Shown here piece by piece: positions 1 through 10,787 of a DNA stretch of 64,000 bases (position 1 is its first letter; each line of letters starts with the position of its first letter). Source of the stretch: Narcine bancroftii (lineage: Eukaryota). The DNA lies in contig NC_091475.1 of assembly GCF_036971445.1 (NCBI RefSeq), positions 5,518,001 through 5,582,000 on the forward strand. Reading direction: 5' to 3'. The notes under the pieces were generated by a model that saw only the letters and a program-made list of their open reading frames with translations, ran no database searches and was not told where the DNA came from. The position numbers and the translations under genes are program-made.

Positions 1-410
1 ATGAAGTGCAGCCTGTCATTGAAAATTAATTTTCTGCATTCGTAAGTCTTCCCCGCTGATCTTGAAACAGTCGGTGATGAGTACAGTAAAAGGTTTCACC
101 AGGACATTGTGACCATGCAGAAGTGGTACCAGGGCAACTGGAATCCACCAATGCTGGCCGACTAATGTTGAACGCTAACACAAGAGGCATCAGATGCTGA
201 GTACAAATGAAAATCAGCTGAAAAACATTTTTAGATCAATTGAAATAATGCAACGTGCCAGCATCATTATGCTAAATTCAATCAAAGTTAATTTAATGTT
301 TCTCCAACTTCCTACATGATACAGCAAATCTGAAATTATCTTTGTGTTCAGCTTGAAGTTGCCCTTTTTATTTTCAGGAAGCAAACCTTTTAAAAATGTG
401 TTGTCCAGTA
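1..410 (+). mobile_element. Chapaev-type (CMC) DNA transposon, degraded 3' end of transposase and right terminus
   Basis: Degenerate translation resembles SLKIxFLHS...FPADL..V.DE..RFHQDI.TM.K.YQGNWNP.MLAD, the Chapaev-type transposase C-terminus. It ends in TGTTGTCCAGT, a TIR-like end. Stops and frameshifts are present. Confidence 0.65.
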
Positions 411-499
411 TTGTGGATATATTCATTTATCAGAGATTCAAAATCTAAATAACCTCAACAGAAGAGGCTACAGATACTGTAATCTGGAATAAGAAAAAT

Positions 500-1160
500 A
501 AAGACATCGGAGTTCTTCTTTCTGTGCTGGCAAAAGTGTAAGTCAATGCTTCAGGTCAAGATGCTGCATCAGGTCTGAAAGGGAGGAGGAAAGGTTGCCA
601 ATATATAGCAACAGGAGGGAGGGGTGAGAACAGAGCTGTTGGGTGATGAGTAGAACCTGATTGGGGGAGTGGAGGGAGAGAAATGATGGTAACTGGGGAC
701 AGGAATGGAAAGGTGAATAAAAGAAGAAAACTGAGTCGATATGTGTGTGGGAGAACACTGGAGTTGGGGAGGTGACCTGAAATCAAAAAATTCAACATTC
801 ACAGCATTGGAGTGTTGGTTAGCCAAGAAGTACGTGAGATGATGTTCTTCCAGTTTGCATTTGGCATCCTCATGGAAATGGGGAAAGTGGAGGTTAGGCA
901 GGTCCGACTGAAAACGGACAGGAGAGTTTAAAAAGTGACATGAGCTGGAAGCTCGAGGTGATCATCGCAGAAGAACTGCAGGAGCTTCACAGACACACAC
1001 CAAGTCTAAGCTTGGTTTCTTCATTGTAGAGCAGGCCACATCAAAAGCATCAAATACAGGAGGCCAGGTTGGAAGATACACACGAGTCCCTCAGGAGGTT
1101 CTCTACAGGGAGAAGTGGGGAAGGAGGACATGTGACTGGTGGTGGAACCATGTTCGATCC
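500..1160 (-). mobile_element. Penelope-like element remnant (GIY-YIG region and terminal repeat)
   Basis: Minus strand reads like TCVSSNL..CI.C..CGLLY.. (GIY-YIG endonuclease) near 1020-1085. A degenerate CCTGATG...GAAGC hammerhead-like tail lies at 543-575. Confidence 0.55.
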
Positions 1161-1166
1161 AAGTAT

Positions 1167-1720
1167 TTATTTATTTCCAGTAGGACAGACACAAGAAAGA
1201 AACACATCTATTTGATTCTTTACAATAATGGTGTGGGGGTGCAGTTCATGAGGTAGGTAATGGGCTAAGGTCATCTCCCAGGCATCCACAAATGCCACAT
1301 TGATGCCTGTGAACATTTTTCTCATCACTACATCATGCTGGTACGAGAACCAGTCACTGTTGTAGAGACTGACTTCTCCTGGATGGGCCTGGACATTAGC
1401 CGTCTTCATTACAACCACGGTATCTGGATTCCTGCCCAACAGCTGTGAAATGGATCTCCGTATGTTCTGTAACCTCCGGATATACACTTCTACGGGGAAA
1501 GTGCTGAAGTGCGACCATAAGGTGATGCCTATAACTGTGTCTTTTCCTCCTTTAATTCCATCCAGTTCATTTGAAATGTACCGCAGGTCCTGGCTTGATA
1601 GGGCGTTGAATCGGATTGGTGGTCCATGAGCACGATATTCCACAATTATGTTATTTACTGTGTCAACAGCAAGGTGAGGACCGATCTTCTCAAAGTTGCC
1701 AAGATCTAATTTCTTGAGAC
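1167..1720 (-). CDS. NXPE3: NXPE family member 3, last coding exon (554 nt incl. TAA)
   Basis: Acceptor tgttttag at 1721-1728. Translation GLKKLDLG...HGPPIRF...WSHFSTFPVEVYIRRL...DAWEMTLAHYLPHELHP...FLSCVCP matches the NXPE3 C-terminus. Phase 1 is consistent with the upstream exon. Confidence 0.95.
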
Positions 1721-1769
1721 CTAAAACAGAAACAGTAACATGCTTTGACGTGGCAGTGATCTTGCTGAC

Positions 1770-2050
1770 ATGAAAACATAAGAAATAGGAGCAGGAGCTG
1801 GCTATCCAGCTCATCGAGCTTGCTCCACCAACTCATGGGCTCATCTCCTCCTACCTGTCTTTTTTTTTTCCTCCCATAATCCTCTAATTTGCCTACTTTG
1901 TAAAAAAAAAATCTATCCAACCTTGTCATAAATATATTTACTGAGGTGACCTCCACTGCTTCAATGGGCAGAAAGTTCCACAGATTCACCACCCTCTGAG
2001 GAAAGCAGTTCTTCCTCATCTCCGTCCTAAATCTACAACCCTGGCCAGTC
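1770..2050 (-). mobile_element. CR1-clade LINE 3' fragment
   Basis: ORF 1690-2019 begins RKNCFPQRVVNLWNFLP..AVE, the typical CR1 ORF2 C-terminus. Confidence 0.7.
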
Positions 2051-2309
2051 CCCTCATTCTAAACAGGTGTGAAACTGGAGAAGTGCATCCCACACCAAAA
2101 AACAAAGCAGCGGGAGTCAGAGCCATCAGCCGGCCAATCAAATGATAGAACTTGCAGTAAGTATGGAGTGACATAGTTGAGAAAAAGCAAACCCAGCAAA
2201 CAGATACAGACTGTCTAATTTCTCCTTTCAACTCAGGACCTCCAATCCAGGCAACATCCTCGTTTATAGTTTCTTTCCTCTGGTTCTGGTGACCAGAACT
2301 ACACACACT

Positions 2310-2682
2310 CCTTTCAAATTGCCGCGCTAAACTCACATCCCACTTTAAGTATTCCCTATGCCATGGGTGCTTTGTGATTAGTAAGGGATTGATTAAGGTG
2401 GGATGTGAGGGGGAAGGTTAAGATCCACTACTCAAGACCCAATTGTTATTGAAATATTTTTCATGAGAAAAATTGTCATTGGCCCATTTCCTTTGGAGTT
2501 ATGAAACCGTGCACATAATGAGTCAATGAAGTACGATTAAAACAGTGGTTTTCAAACTTTTTCTTTCCACCCACATACCACCTTAACCAACCCCTTACTA
2601 ATCACAGAGCACCAATGGCATAGGGAATACTTAAAGTGGGATGTGAGTTTAGTTGGGAGGGGGGCAGTTTGAAAACTACTGC
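2310..2682. mobile_element. Non-autonomous hAT (Charlie/Buster-like) MITE with long internal inverted repeats
   Basis: 2327-2410 is the near-reverse complement of 2570-2652, and CAGTGGTTTTCAAAC-type termini are present. Related copies lie at 43985-44285 (opposite orientation) and 48325-48415. Confidence 0.6.
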
Positions 2683-3482
2683 TAAATCTTTGAGGTTGGG
2701 GTTGAGAAGTAGAGGCAAGCTGTGGTGATTAGAAATGCTAATGGGCTTGGTACAACTTGGTTACATTAAATCAGTCACCATAAAATAAATGTTAGTTTCC
2801 TCTCCAGCTGAGTATTTTGTTGTTTTTAATTTTGCTATGAGCCTGGTTGTTGAACATGAAGGCCATGGATCGTTGGTCAGTGACTAGGGTGAATCGTCTA
2901 TCTGCTAGATAATGCCACCAGTGTCTAATAGCTTCGACAATTGCCTGAGTCTCATTCTCAACTGAGGAATGTCGTATTTCAGGGCCATGCAGGGTGCAGG
3001 AGTAGAAGGCTTGATTTAAGGAAGCAGCCAGGGCAAAATCTGAGGTGTTGCTTTCCACTTGGAATGGCTTAGATTCGTTGAATGGAGGCTCTGACAATGT
3101 CTTGCTTGATATTACTGAAAGCAGCAAGCGCTTGTTCTGAGAGGGGGAAAGAGAGCATTTTGATAAGAGGTTGTGCTTTGTCAGCGTAGTGAGGTACTCA
3201 CTGGGCATAGTATGAGAAAAATCCTAGACATCTTCCAAGGGCTGAGTTGTAGGGACTGGTAGTTCCACGAGAGGGAGCATCAGGTCATGATTTGGGCTGG
3301 TCGCACCATTTTCGACCACATAGCGCAGGATGGACAATTTAGTTGCACAAAAAATGCACTTTTGTTCATTGTATGTGAGGTTTAGGTTCTGGGCAACTTT
3401 GAGAAATTTCTCAAGATTAGCATTATGGTCCTGTAAGTTGTGACTGCATATTGTGACATTATCTAAGTGGGGATAGGTGGTT

Positions 3483-4447
3483 CTTTCTTTGGCTTGGCTT
3501 CGCGGACGAAGATTTATGGAGGGGGTAAAAAGTCCACGTCAGCTGCAGGCTCGTTTGTGGCTGACCAGTCCGATGCGGGACAGGCAGACACGATTGCAGC
3601 GGTTGCAAGGGAAAATTGGTTGGTTGGGGTTGGGTGTTGGGTTTTTCCTCCTTTGCCTTTTGTCAGTGAGGTGGGCTCTGCGGTCTTCTTCAAAGGAGGC
3701 TGCTGCCCGCCAAACTGTGAGGCGCCAAGATGCACGGTTTGAGGCGTTATCAGCCCACTGGCGGTGGTCAATGTGGCAGGCACCAAGAGATTTCTTTAGG
3801 CAGTCCTTGTACCTTTTCTTTGGTGCACCTCTGTCACGGTGGCCAGTGGAGAGCTCGCCATATAATACGATCTTGGGAAGGCGATGGTCCTCCATTCTGG
3901 AGACGTGACCCATCCAGCGCAGCTGGATCTTCAGCAGCGTGGACTCGATGCTGTCGACCTCTGCCATCTCGAGTACCTCGACGTTAGGGGTGTGAGCGCT
4001 CCAATGGATGTTGAGGATGGAGCGGAGACAACACTGGTGGAAGCGTTCTAGGAGCCGTAGGTGGTGCCGGTAGAGGACCCATGATTCGGAGCCGAACAGG
4101 AGTGTGGGTATGACAACGGCTCTGTATACGCTTATCTTTGTGAGGTTTTTCAGTTGGTTGTTTTTCCAGACTCTTTTGTGTAGTCTTCCAAAGGCGCTAT
4201 TTGCCTTGGCGAGTCTGTTGTCTATCTCATTGTCGATCCTTGCATCTGATGAAATGGTGCAGCCGAGATAGGTAAACTGGTTGACCGTTTTGAGTTTTGT
4301 GTGCCCGATGGAGATGTGGGGGGGCTGGTAGTCATGGTGGGGAGCTGGCTGATGGAGGACCTCAGTTTTCTTCAGGCTGACTTCCAGGCCAAACATTTTG
4401 GCAGTTTCCGCAAAGCAGGACGTCAAGCGCTGAAGAGCTGGCTCTGA
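3483..4447 (-). mobile_element. RTE-clade LINE, 5'-truncated, open reading frame to the C-terminal zinc finger
   Basis: Uninterrupted ORF 3539-4426 with GLEVSLKKTEV, FTYLG, RLAKANSAFGRL, QLRWMGHVSRM and CNRCNRVCLSRIGLVSHKRAC. 3' tail AAGCCAAAGAAAGAA. Candidate TSD GTGGTT at 3477-3482 and 4448-4453. Confidence 0.92.
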
Positions 4448-5941
4448 GTGGTTAGGTTATTGTCATCCACCATGTGGTCCATCTCTCTCTGGAATACAGG
4501 GACTCCGATAGTGACCCCAAAAGGGACACGGAGAAACTGATGCAGCCTATCATCAGCTTTGAAAGCCGTATAAATACGGTCACTGTCATGAATGGGCAGC
4601 TGGTGATAGGCAGATTTCAGGTCTATGTTGGAGAAAGCCTTGTCGTGGGCTATTTTGTTCATCATGTCATTTATTCTTGGTAAGGGATAAGCATCCAATT
4701 GAATGAATTTGTCAGTAGTTTGACTATTATCGACAACCATCTGATTCTTTGTCCCTTGTTTTACTACTACGCCTTGACCATGCCAGGGGCTGATGCTGGG
4801 TTCAATAACACCTTCCTGCAGTCGTCGTTGTACTTCTGATTTGATGAATGACCTGTCAGCAGTAGAGTAGCGCCAGCTCTTGGTTGCTGTGGGTCTGCAA
4901 TCGGGTCTGAGGTTGGTGAATAGTCGCGACAGGGACATCTCAGCATCGAGAGGCTGCAGGAGGGTTGTCTGTTGACCAGAGGCGGGTGGGGTCCATTGTA
5001 AGCTAGGGTTATGCATTCATGCTGGCACTGGAAATCCAGCCCTAAGAGCACAGGGGCAAAGAGATTGGGTAGGACGAGCAAACGTAGATCTTTATATTCA
5101 GTGCCCTTGATCGACAGGTCGGCAAGACAGTAGCCATGTACCTCTGCAGTGTGGGATCTAGAGGCTAAGCGAATTTTACGGTCAGTGTTTTCCTCTTCGA
5201 GAGCGCAGAAGGCAGCCACACGAGGCTGGATAAAACTCTCGGTCGAACAGGCAGTTCATAGGGTGTCCATTTACTTCTATATTCAGCATGAAACGGGTTA
5301 AATCATGGCTATCTGCCTGATTTAGCTCCAGTGAGGCCAGTGTTGTCAGAGTAGCATCATCCTATTCTTCATGTTGTTCGTCTCCAGGGGGCGCTGTCCA
5401 GCTTGGCTAGCACAAAGCATTGTGAGCTGGCAGGAGATTTTTGAGCTAAGCAGGCAGTTTCCGCTCTTCCCCAGAGATAAGAGCAGCAGTTTCGGTAGTC
5501 CTTTCAGAGAGCCCGCTGTAGACCTTTCCGTAGTGACCCCTCTTGCTGCATTTAACATGCACAGGCAGATTAGCTCGTCCACAGAGTAGCATTTCAGCTG
5601 ATTTCATGGAGACACAGCCACGATGGCCAATGGCCGAGACTTGAGTGTCTGGCTATTCGGGTGGTTCAGCGGACTATTGAGTAGGGGCATGTGGGCATGA
5701 CTCAGCAGCCGGTTCAGGCGAGTAGATATCCCCCCCCCTTCTAAATGCAAGGTCCAGTGACTCGGCGATTCTTATAACTTGATTTAAATCCCGCTCACCT
5801 GTCTCTAGCAGCCACTGTCTCACATAGTTTGATTTCATTCCAGAGACCAACGAGTTCAGGACCAGTAATATCAACAAATTCTTTTGCAGTCTCCACTCTC
5901 CTTAAGCACACTCTCGCCAGGTCACGAAGGGTCAGGATAAA

Positions 5942-6065
5942 ACACAGGATTCTGTTGACACCGTGGTTAAGTGAAAAAACACACAAATCCTGGAGAAACT
6001 CAGCAGGTCAAACGGTGTCTTTATGTAGCAAAGGTAAAGATACATCACTAACGTTTCGGGCTTGT
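5942..6065 (-). mobile_element. Short Penelope-terminal-repeat insertion with 12-bp TSD
   Basis: Flanked by GGTCAGGATAAA at 5930-5941 and 6066-6077. Minus strand reads GCCCGAAACGTT...GACCTGCTGAGTTTCTCCAG. Confidence 0.7.
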
Positions 6066-6874
6066 GGTCAGGATAAAGTCACTGATCCATCCCCCGGCTG
6101 CTGCTTGTGTGTAGCCAGTAAGTGTTTGGCAAGCACTTCATTCCGCTGGCCCACATATTTTGAGCAGCAATAGCAGCCAAATAAGTCTCTTTGTCTCTTA
6201 TCAGAACTTAGGCCTTGCTGCCCATCTGGGACAGAAGTAGGAGTAGCTTCTGCTCATCATCCACTATCCCAGCCACATTTAGAAATGCTTCCGGGACCCG
6301 CAGCCAATGCTCAAAGAGAGTCGCAGCCTCCGGGGCTTGTGGGTCGAGCTCGAGCCCGAACAGTTTCATAATTTACTCCATCCTTACCAGAGGTCGAGGT
6401 TTGGGCGCAGGCCTCTGTCCCGGCGGTGCGGGAGGCTGCACTGGCTGTGGGGCTTGAAAATGCGACGGTGCTGCAGCCTCCAGCGGAGTTAGAGGTTGTT
6501 GAAACCCCGGTCAGTTAGCCCATGCTCCTCTGACTGCTCCATTGTCTTCATCCCCCGACTCCTATTTTTGGATCGGCACTGCTTTTGAAGTCATCTCAAA
6601 CAAACTTTGCTAATAAAATTAAACCGCAGTCAATAACTCATGAGACAGGAGTTTTGCGAATAACATAGGCTCTTATTAGCAAGAACATGGCAGTGTTGGC
6701 CACCTATGAGGCTAGTCCCAATCTGAGCTGAGAGCAGTGGACAGGACATTTATGTGCAAGCAAGGTGGCTACTTCCCCCTAGTCAGTGTATAGCGCCGGT
6801 CGTCCATACAAGTTAGCAGCGAGCAAATACATTCTTCATACAAGCATACAATACCAAGGATCACATCAGTGTCC

Positions 6875-7225
6875 ATAGGAGGTAAAGGTAACATTGACTT
6901 CTCCGGTTTTCGTTAAACCCCTTCCCCTTCTTCTTTCCCTGTAGCCTTTCCCCAAGCTCTGTCTCTCTCCCCACCCCCACCCCCTTTCCCTCCATCTCCT
7001 TTCTCAGAGCCAAAATCATTCCTCACCTTTCCTCATCGTATCCAATTAACCCGTTTTGTTGGTCTGGACTCCTCCTCCTCCCATTCTTCAGCCTTTATTC
7101 TGACACCTTCCTGTTTGTTTATACCTTGAAGAAAGGCTTAGGCCCAAAACGTCGGTAATACATCTTTACCTCCTACGGACGCTGTGAGACTGGCTGAGTT
7201 CCTCCAGCATTTCTATTTACATCAA
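6875..7225 (+). mobile_element. Penelope-like element 3' terminal repeat
   Basis: Pyrimidine-rich tract, then CTTGAAGAAAGGCTTAGGCCCAAAACGTC, then the GCTGAGTTCCTCCAGCATT tail shared with other copies in the window. Confidence 0.6.
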
Positions 7226-7249
7226 AACGGGTAATTTTTTTATGCTAAA

Positions 7250-7900
7250 GGTATTTAGCATAAAAAATACATTTATCCATTCATGGAAAGGCATTTTTTG
7301 AGAAATCAAACCTTTCCATCTATTTCATAATCTATTTTATTCCATAATTCAATCAAATGTTTAAAAATAGGTGTATTTCTACTTCCTATTAACAATTTTG
7401 AATTTCATTTGTAAATAATGTCCTGCATACTGTTTTCTCCTATTTTACTCAATTCTATTTTAACCCATTAATAAATTTAAATTGAGCTGCTTTATAATAA
7501 TTCTTAAAATGGGGAAGTTGCAAACCTCCCAATTCAAACTTTCAGGTCAATTTCTTTCCCCAAAGACACTCTAGCCATCTTTCCTTTCCATAAAAAACTT
7601 CCTAATACTCAAATGTACATCCTTTTAAAATTTTTGAGGAATCCAAGAGGGAATTGACTGAAAAAGATATTGAACCCTTGGAAAAATATCCATCTTTATA
7701 CCATTCACTCTACCTACTAGAGTTATGGACAAATTATTCCACCTGTTCAAATCTTTATTTTTATTAAGGTAAATAATTCAATTTATATAAATTATTTCAA
7801 TCATTATCAATCTTAATCCCCAAATATTTAATTCTATCCTCTGACCACTTAAATCGAGGTATTTGATAACATTTCAAAAATGTTTTATTCCAATGGCATT
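7250..7900 (-). mobile_element. L1-clade LINE ORF2 fragment, degraded
   Basis: Degenerate minus-strand translation resembles YLGIKI..., FLWKGKMARVSL and GGLQLPHFKNYYKAAQ, from the post-RT region of L1 ORF2. Confidence 0.55.
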
Positions 7901-8429
7901 TAGTGTAGCCTTGTCCTTTCAGGCAAAAGGAGGGAGGGGTAGAAAAGCACTGGCATCAGAACACTGAAGGATATAAAAAGAAAGAAGTTACTTATTTGTG
8001 CAAATCCGAATCTCGTCTTAGACTGGGGGGTTGTGACAAGTGCTGAGAAGCAGTGTTCACAGATTGCCACAAGAGAAAGGCAGAGAGAAGGCAGCTCGAC
8101 ACCTGGGGTTCTCACCGCAATTTGAACAAGTGATTGATGAATATCTTAACGAAGTATTTTATAAATAGTTATCACAAAAAAGTAGATTTTAAAAATCTTT
8201 AACTCGTGACTCATTATTTGTGAATATTTCTTGTTGCTGAACCAAAGATCAGGAACGAATTCTAAAATACTTTATTACCGATGCCAGAACTTGGCAAAGA
8301 GCATCACACTCTCCCCAGCCGACATCTGGAAAAAGCAGCTTGTGATCCATATCACAAGTCAAGAAATTAAGAATTAAAAATTTTTTTTTATGATTTAATT
8401 AATTTTTGAAGTATTTTGCAGTAAATGAA

Positions 8430-9750
8430 GTGTCTTGAAAGGCTGTGGTTGAACCATATCCGCTCCTGTCTGAGCGGTGACACAGTTCCAGTTCGCCTAT
8501 TGTAACAACAGGTCTATGGCAGATGCCATCTCTCTGGCTCTACTCAAAACCCTGGATCATCCGGACAGGATACATTTTAACAGGTATAGTTCGACATTTA
8601 ACTCCATCATCCCCTCAAAACTGATCAGTGAATTCCAAGACCTGGGATTCAACACCCCACTGTGTAATTGGATCATGGATTTCCACACCTCCAGACCACA
8701 ATCAGTGAAGACTGGTGAGAACATCTCCACAATCTCCATCAGTATTGGAGCACCACAGGGCTGCATTCTTAGCCCCCTGCTCTATTCACTTTACACCTAC
8801 GACTGTGTGGCTTGGTACAAGAATAGTACCATCTACTAATATGCCAACGATAGCATGCTAGTGGGTTGTATAAAGGAAGGGGATGAGTCAGCGTACAGGA
8901 GGGAGATTGAAAACTTGGCTGAATGGTCACCAACAACAACCTTGCACTCAATGTCACCAGAACTAAGGAGCTGATTGTTGACTTCTGGAAAGGAAAGCCA
9001 GAGGTTTACAGTCTGATGATTGTTGGGGGATCAGAGGTGGAGACAGTGAGCAAGTTTAAGTTCTTTAGAGTCACTATCTCGGAGGATCTTTCCTGGACCC
9101 AATACATTAATGGCACTGTGAAGAAAGCTCATCAGCACATCTACTTTCTCAGGTGTTTGCGAAGAAACCCTGACAAATTTCTACACAGGGGTCGTTGGAA
9201 GTGTGCTGACCGGCTGCATCACTGTCTGGTGTGGGGAGACAAATAACCCCCGAGTATAAAGCCCTTCAAAAGGTAGTGGACGCAGCCCAGGACATCACGG
9301 GCAAAACCCTCCCCACTATCGAGAACATCGACGGGGAGCGCTACCGTCGGAGAGCAGCAGCAATCATCAAGGATCCACAGCACCCAGCACACATTTTGTT
9401 CTCACTGCTGCCATCAGGAAAGAGGTATCAGTGCCACAAGACTCTCACTACCAGATTCAGGAACAACTGCTACCCCTCCACCATCAGACTCCTCAACAAC
9501 CTCAATCAGGGACTGATTTAAGGACTCCTACTTGTGCACTTTATTGATTTTTAAAAATTCTCTCAGCATTGCACAATTTGCTTACATTCATTATTTGTTT
9601 ACAGTTTTTTTATTTGTGTATATGTATACGCTGTGTACAATTTTATTTGCACAATAAATGGTAATTCTGCCTCACCCGCAGAAGAAAGAATCTCAGGGTT
9701 GTATGTGATGTCATATATGCACTCTGTCAATGCATCTGAAATCTGAATTC
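8430..9750 (+). mobile_element. Rex1/Babar LINE, 5'-truncated and degraded
   Basis: Motifs QFAY..NRS.ADAISLAL, GAPQGCILSPLLYSLYT, KKAHQHIYFLR and LLPSGKRY. 3' tail GAATCTCAGGGTTGTATGTGATGTC. Confidence 0.85.
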
Positions 9751-10571
9751 TTCCCCCCCCCACCACCCACCACCGTACAATTTCCATAAGAAAATTTTGT
9801 TTGTTATCTCAAATTTTTGGGTTGTGATTTATGAGTTCTGTCAGGCCAGGGAAAATTTAGGTTATCAACACAGCTGTAACACAGAGATCAACTGTAGAGT
9901 AAAGCTCTAAAAACTGTCTACTTAGGGATCCCCATCATTTCAGCATCTGACTCACTGAATGCAATTCCCTTTCAACTCTCTGAGGCCAGGCTCCTGTGCA
10001 ACCTTAAAACTTAACAGCTTCACTGTCTACTCCATGACAAGAAAAGAAAAATCAAATTTAAAGCACATTTGAATATTAGTAAGAATAACCTCCAATAATT
10101 TGGAAAATCTGCCAGCACCCAAGTCCCAATCATACAGGATTTACAGAGTTTTAATGCAATAGGGCAATTTTTTCCTCTCAGAAGAATGCAAGTCTTTGAA
10201 AGTTCCTCAAAAATGGTGAAGTTGAGAAAATTTAAGGCATTTTATGGAATTTTAGATATATTATTGAGAAACAAGTGGGTGTGAGGCTACTCCAGTGATC
10301 AGGACTCCAGAGTTCAGGTCACAATGAGATCAAACATAATCGGATAGAATGAAAGTGCAGGTTGAGGAGCCAAATCTTGCTCTTAATTCACCTACGTGCA
10401 TGTTTAAAACAGAATGCTTCAGGGTCTCGAGAGATCACATGGCAGCAATTTTCTATGCTTTCCTTGAGCTTTTAAATGTCCAACAATCCACCTGTCTTTT
10501 TGAACACATGATTTACTTTATATAAAATGCAATAAATAGTTTATGGACAAACAGAAAGACAATTAAAGCTA

Positions 10572-10787
<216 letters not shown>

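Larger units (their letters stand above)
2790..6870 (-). mobile_element. Degraded Gypsy LTR retrotransposon (5' LTR about 6620-6870, gag, protease, RT, RNase H), interrupted by an RTE and a Penelope-tail insertion
   Basis: Gag start LELDPQAPEAATLFEHW (6300-6380). RT motifs DAYPLPRI, IDLKSAYHQ, VPFGVT and HLDNVTI. RNase H motif E.ETQAIVEAIRHW...TDQRS...KIKNNKILSW. Many frameshifts. The LTR outer edge is approximate. Confidence 0.85.

Noticed and set aside
1721-1814. N-terminal extension of the 215-aa ORF (MSWIASS...)
   Set aside because: Intronic or CR1-tail sequence upstream of the acceptor at 1721; the real exon starts at 1720.
3467-3987. Plus-strand ORFs over the RTE element
   Set aside because: Antisense shadows of the GC-rich RTE ORF.
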